In this document: piece by piece, positions 58,855 to 64,000 of the stretch
How positions within the stretch are numbered: the first letter of the stretch is position 1
Layout of the letters: each line of letters begins with the position of its first letter
Assembly (NCBI RefSeq): GCF_009914755.1
Contig: NC_060934.1
Length of the DNA: 64,000 nucleotides
Strand: one strand, 5' to 3'
DNA from: the human T2T-CHM13v2.0 reference genome, Homo sapiens
The notes under the pieces: model-generated
The model's input: the letters and a program-made list of their open reading frames with translations, nothing else
The model's database searches: none
Told to the model about the DNA's origin: nothing
Position numbers and translations under genes: made by a program

Positions 58855-59774
58855 CTGGACCCAAAGAGGAAAGACAGAGAAAAATGATTTAGCAAAGCTT
58901 CCTTACATGTCTTGCTTTTGAGAGTTTACACTATAGCTTCAACGTATGTCTCAATCAGACGCTGCTTTCAACTCTGCTGATACTGGATGGTAGTTGAGAG
59001 CATGGGCTTTGGAATAAGCTCCTTGATTTACATCTTGCGTGATATTAGACAAATTCTTAAAATCTCTGTGCCTCTGTTTGCTCTATCACTGTATCTGTAA
59101 AATGGGTATGTTTACACACACATAAACACATTACACACACACATTTGTGTAATCTGTAAATGGGTATAACAGTGTTTACATCAAAGGGTGCTGGGGAGGA
59201 TTAAGAGGGGCTGTGCACGTCAAAGCGCATGAGCTGAATCCTGAAAGCCGGGCAGCATCTGACAATGCAGGCAAAGAAGAACATTGCAGGGAGAGGAAGC
59301 AGCCAGGACAAAGGCCATAAGCAGGAGGAGGCAGGCACATCCTTGGGAGATGCTGTAGCTGAAGCCAGGCCCGAGGGCAAGAGGCACAATGAATATGGGA
59401 GGAGCTGAAGGGAGATGCTGCTGTGAGGCTGTGCACCTCAGTGTCGTAATGACACAGCTCCCTGAGACTAACACCCCAACATTGCATACCATGGACTGGA
59501 GAGGAAAAGGGACTCACAGCTGAGGTGTTAAGAAGCTACTATAATAATTGGGGCTTTTTTATTTTTGGAACTTTCTCTGTTGACTTAATCTCCCCCCAAC
59601 ACTGGAAACTTCAATAGACGACAACTTTTCATCATAGCCCTTTAGGGAACCTTTTTAAATCTAAACGAAGCAAAGCTGCATGACTGAAAACCAAAAAAAG
59701 AAAAAAGTTACCACGTTCTCACCCACTTTCCTTTCCTAAAACTTTAGAAAAGAAACATCATTAACTTTATCATT

Positions 59775-60403
<629 letters not shown>

Positions 60404-60844
60404 TAGTATCTTATTGTGGTTTTGATTTGCATTTTTCTAATGACTGACAATGTTTAGCATTTTTTTCATGTGCTTGTTGTCCATTTGTATATCTTCTTTG
60501 GAGATATACAACTCAATGGGGAAATGCATAGAGAATAATTCACATAAGAATTCACAGACAATTCACATAAAAATATTTGTATTAGCTGGTTGTGGTGGGA
60601 AGCAGCTGCAATCCCAGCTACTCAGGAGGCTGAGGTGAGAGGATCACTTGAGCCCAGGAGTTCAAGCCTGGCCTGAGCAGCATACTGTTTCCCTGGCTCT
60701 TAAAGAAAAAAAAAAAGATGTTCATATTTACTCGTAGTCAGGAGAAAAACTGATGCCATTTTATTCTCATCAGACTGGCAAACATTTAAAAGACTGATAA
60801 CTATTTCTCATCATTTGCTGATAGAAATATGAATTGCTACATCT

Positions 60845-61154
60845 TTTTTTTTTTGAGACGGCGTCTCACTCTTGTTGCCCAGGCTGGAGTGCAATGGCGC
60901 AATCTCAGCTCACTGCAACCTCCACCTCCCACAACCTCCACCTCCCAGGTTCAAGCGATTCCCCTGCCTCCGCCTCCCAAGTAGCTGGGATTACAGGCGC
61001 CCATCACCACACCCAAATATAATTTTTATATTTTTAGTAGAGATGGGGTTTCACCGTGTTGGCCAGGCTGGTCTCAAATTCCTGACCTCAGGTGATCCAC
61101 CTGCCTTGGCCTCTCAAAGTGCTGGGATTACAGGAGTGAGCCACCACACCTGGC
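60845..61154 (-). mobile_element. Alu (S-like)
   Basis: Reverse Alu with a small internal tandem duplication (caacctccacctccc x2). Confidence 0.88.
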
Positions 61155-62171
61155 CTGCTACAACATTTTTGAAAAGCAAACTAGCAAATTATTCAAATTA
61201 AAAATATGTATACCCTTTGACCCAAGAATCCCACAGTTGGATATTGTTCCTGCTGTAATCCCAATGCTTGGAAATATAGCCACCAGATGTGAGGACCTAT
61301 GTAAAGTATATCCATTGCAAGACTTGTCCACAATGGCAAAAAATCAGAAGCAAAGTAAATGTCTACCTACAGGGAAACACTTGAATAAAATGTGGGTTAT
61401 CTATTCCCATGGAATATCATGCAGCCATGAAAAAGACTTAATTAGTGCTCCATCAGTTGATGAGAAAAGATTTCCATTACACAGGGATATTAGGACCAAG
61501 TGGAATGATGGATACAAATACCTACTGCAAGCTGTAAAATGCTTAACAAACATATGTAAGGTCATGTAATACATTTGTGCTGATATTTGAAAATGCAGTA
61601 TTAATAAAACAGCACCTTCTGTCTATTTGGGCTTCCAACTAAGCTTGGTAACAATGCTCCTTACTGCCTGAAGGGTTTTGAGGGATCTAGTCTACACAGT
61701 ATTTCAGATGTGTCATGAAGGTTTTCATAACTGCCTCGAGGCCAGAGGCACAAAGTGATGCCTTATTTACCAGCTTTCTTAGGGAATAACATATACCTCA
61801 AGTTATTCTTCCAGAAACCAGGCACTTCTCCTTTTTGGTGCCAACATATCTTGAATGTTGATGTTTTTTGATGAAAATCTTGCTAAAATGTACTAGTCCC
61901 CCACCCCCTCTTAAGCAGGAGACATTACGAACATTCTTCATAAGGAATGCCAAGTAATACAATGCAGTAGAGAGTTTTCACTTTTTCTGTCGGCCCCCTT
62001 CAAAAGCTGGTGGTCTGCTATCATATCTAAAACACCTTCCAAACACCTCTTTTAAGTTTGCAATTTCCCATCATTTTCGTTTTGCCTAGAAAGCTAGAAA
62101 AATCAAGTTTGTGAAGAGCTGAACATTAAATGCCAATAGATATGACTCTTAATATGGTGAAAAAAAAATTA

Positions 62172-62437
62172 GGCTGGGTGCAGTGGCTCATACCTGTAAT
62201 CCCAACACCTTGGAAGGGTGAGGCAGGAGGATCCTTTGAGCCCAGGAGTTCGAGACTAGCCTGGGCAACAACAACAAAAAAATTAGCCATGTGTTGTGGT
62301 ATGCACCTGTAGTCCCAGCTACTTGGGAGGCTGAGGCGGGAAGATCCCTTGAGCCCAAGAGATAGAAGCTGCAGTGAGCCAAGATTGTGTCATTGTACTC
62401 CAGCCTGGGTGACACAGTGAGACCCTGTCTCAAAAAT
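62172..62437 (+). mobile_element. Alu (J-like)
   Basis: Alu consensus. Confidence 0.85.
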
Positions 62438-62729
62438 ATATATGTAATAATAGTAAAAATAAACAAAGAACGTGGCTTTTGGATTGTGACTGTGCTCTCA
62501 GGGGCCTTTCCTGAAAGCTTCCAGAGGGCAGTCTTCCAGATGAGCGAGGGTGCTGTCCCTGCAGAGCTGCTCCTGCACCTGTTCATGAGGTGTTGTCTGA
62601 AGAGCAGAGGCTTGCCCAAAAACAAGACACACACCACGATGCTCTACAAACACAGATGTGCAAGTTAGCTACTACGACCTCTCAAACAGCAACAGTCAAA
62701 CAGTATTTCTGGACTGAAATCAACAGAAG

Positions 62730-64000
62730 ACAGGCAGAGCAAGATGGAAGAATAGAAGTCTCCACCCATCAACCTCCACCCGACCCATGCCCCACAAGAA
62801 CAGGAAGTTAATAACTATCTACACAGAAAAAAATACCTTTAGAAGAGCCAAAAATCAGGTAGGCCCTCGTAGTACCTGGTTTTATCTTCATATTGCTGAA
62901 AGAAGCACTGAGGAGTCAGAAAAATAGTCCCGAATCACCACACATTTAAACCAGCCCAAGCCTGAGGGGAATCTCTGATTCCAGCAGTGGGAAATTGAGT
63001 TCCCCCAAACCTCGCCACTGTGGGCTACAGTGCTCTGTGTCTTTAAATCAGCTTGAAAGTCCGTCTAGGCCATAAGGACTGCAACACTTAGGTGAGTCCT
63101 AGTGCTGAACTAGGCCCAGAGACAGTGGATTCGGGGGGCACGTGGACTACTGAGACATCAGCCAAGGGAGTGGTGGCATCACCCCTGCCCTAACCCCAGG
63201 CTGCACAGCTCATGGCTCCAAAAGAGACCTCTTCCTTCAGTTTGAAGAGAGGAGAAGAAAAAGTGGGAAGAGCTTCGTCTTGCATCTTGGATACCAGCTC
63301 AGCCACAGAAGGATAGGGCTCAGTCAGAGTTGTGAAGTCCCTTTTCCAGGCCCTACCTCCCAGGTGACATTTCTAGACACACCTTGGGCCAGAAGGGAAC
63401 CTGCTGCCTTGAAGGAAGGACCCAGTCCTGGCAGCATTCATTACCTGCTAGCTGAAGAGCCCTTGGGCCCTGAATAGCCAGCAGTGACACCCAGGACCTT
63501 GGGTGAGCCTCTGAGACTTGCTGGCTTCAGGTACCAGTACGGCCACAGTTGGGTAGAGCACTGGGCAGCCTCCTGGGGTCCCCAACTCTAGGACTTGACT
63601 CTTGAATGGCATTTCTGGACCTGCCCTGGGCCAGAGGGGAGCCTAGTGCCCTGAAATATGGGTTGCAGGCCAGGCAGTACTTACCACGAGCTGACTTAAG
63701 AGCCCTAGGGCCTTAACGGCCTGGCAGTACTTCTCATGGCTTGGGGTGGCGGTGGCTGAAAAGTAAGACTCCTCTGCCTTTGGAAAGGGGAGGGAAGAGT
63801 GGGAAAGACTGCAATTGTGGTTTGAGTACCAGCTCAGTCACAATACAATAGAATACCAGGTAGACTTCTAAGGTTTTCCACTTAAGTACATGATGCCCGG
63901 AGAGCACCTCTGAGTCTGCCCAGAGGCTTGGGGAATCTCGCTGCCCTAAAGGGAAAGCCACAAGCCTGGCTGGCTTTGCCACCTGCTGATAGTAGTGCCC
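62730..64000 (+). mobile_element. L1 5'UTR (L1PB/L1MA-like), runs off the window; antisense to CPEB3 intron
   Basis: ggcagagcaagatggaagaatagaag start and a GC-richer L1 5'UTR-type sequence. Confidence 0.6.

Noticed and set aside
58585-58887. 100-aa + strand ORF overlapping the CPEB3 exon
   Set aside because: Antisense shadow of a GC-rich coding exon; no ATG start, splice or domain support.

Overview
Primate (human-like), Alu-dense genomic DNA holding the 3' ends of two convergent protein-coding genes. On the + strand are the last 16 coding exons of BTAF1 (TAF-172/Mot1 orthologue; 620-35313). They encode the end of the N-terminal HEAT-repeat region and the whole SNF2-family ATPase ([30 protein letters not shown]), followed by a 3'UTR with poly(A) signals near 36.5-36.7 kb. 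On the - strand are the terminal coding exon of CPEB3 (ZZ-type zinc finger; 58627-58854) and its ~3.5-5.5 kb 3'UTR. The ~16 kb between the genes contains old L1 fragments, Alus, a solo LTR6-like LTR, an MST LTR, a MER44 element and an orphan CpG-island-like segment at ~52.1-52.6 kb. All BTAF1 exon boundaries were read from the sequence and splice into one continuous reading frame. Best observations: (1) a U12-type minor-spliceosome intron in BTAF1 (2656-3685), upstream of all ATPase exons; (2) a long non-TE inverted-repeat structure in the BTAF1 3'UTR with Pumilio elements in its arms; (3) dense post-transcriptional motifs in the CPEB3 3'UTR, including CPE/PRE/PAS overlaps, miRNA sites, a (UG)15 tract past the proximal PAS and a perfect 30-bp duplication; (4) the CpG segment with back-to-back splice donors; (5) two opposite-strand Alus sharing one target site. 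I see no evidence for a wholly new gene system. Most ORFs in the supplied track are Alu, L1 or simple-repeat artefacts. Repeat family names come from recalled consensus similarity and repeat boundaries are approximate.
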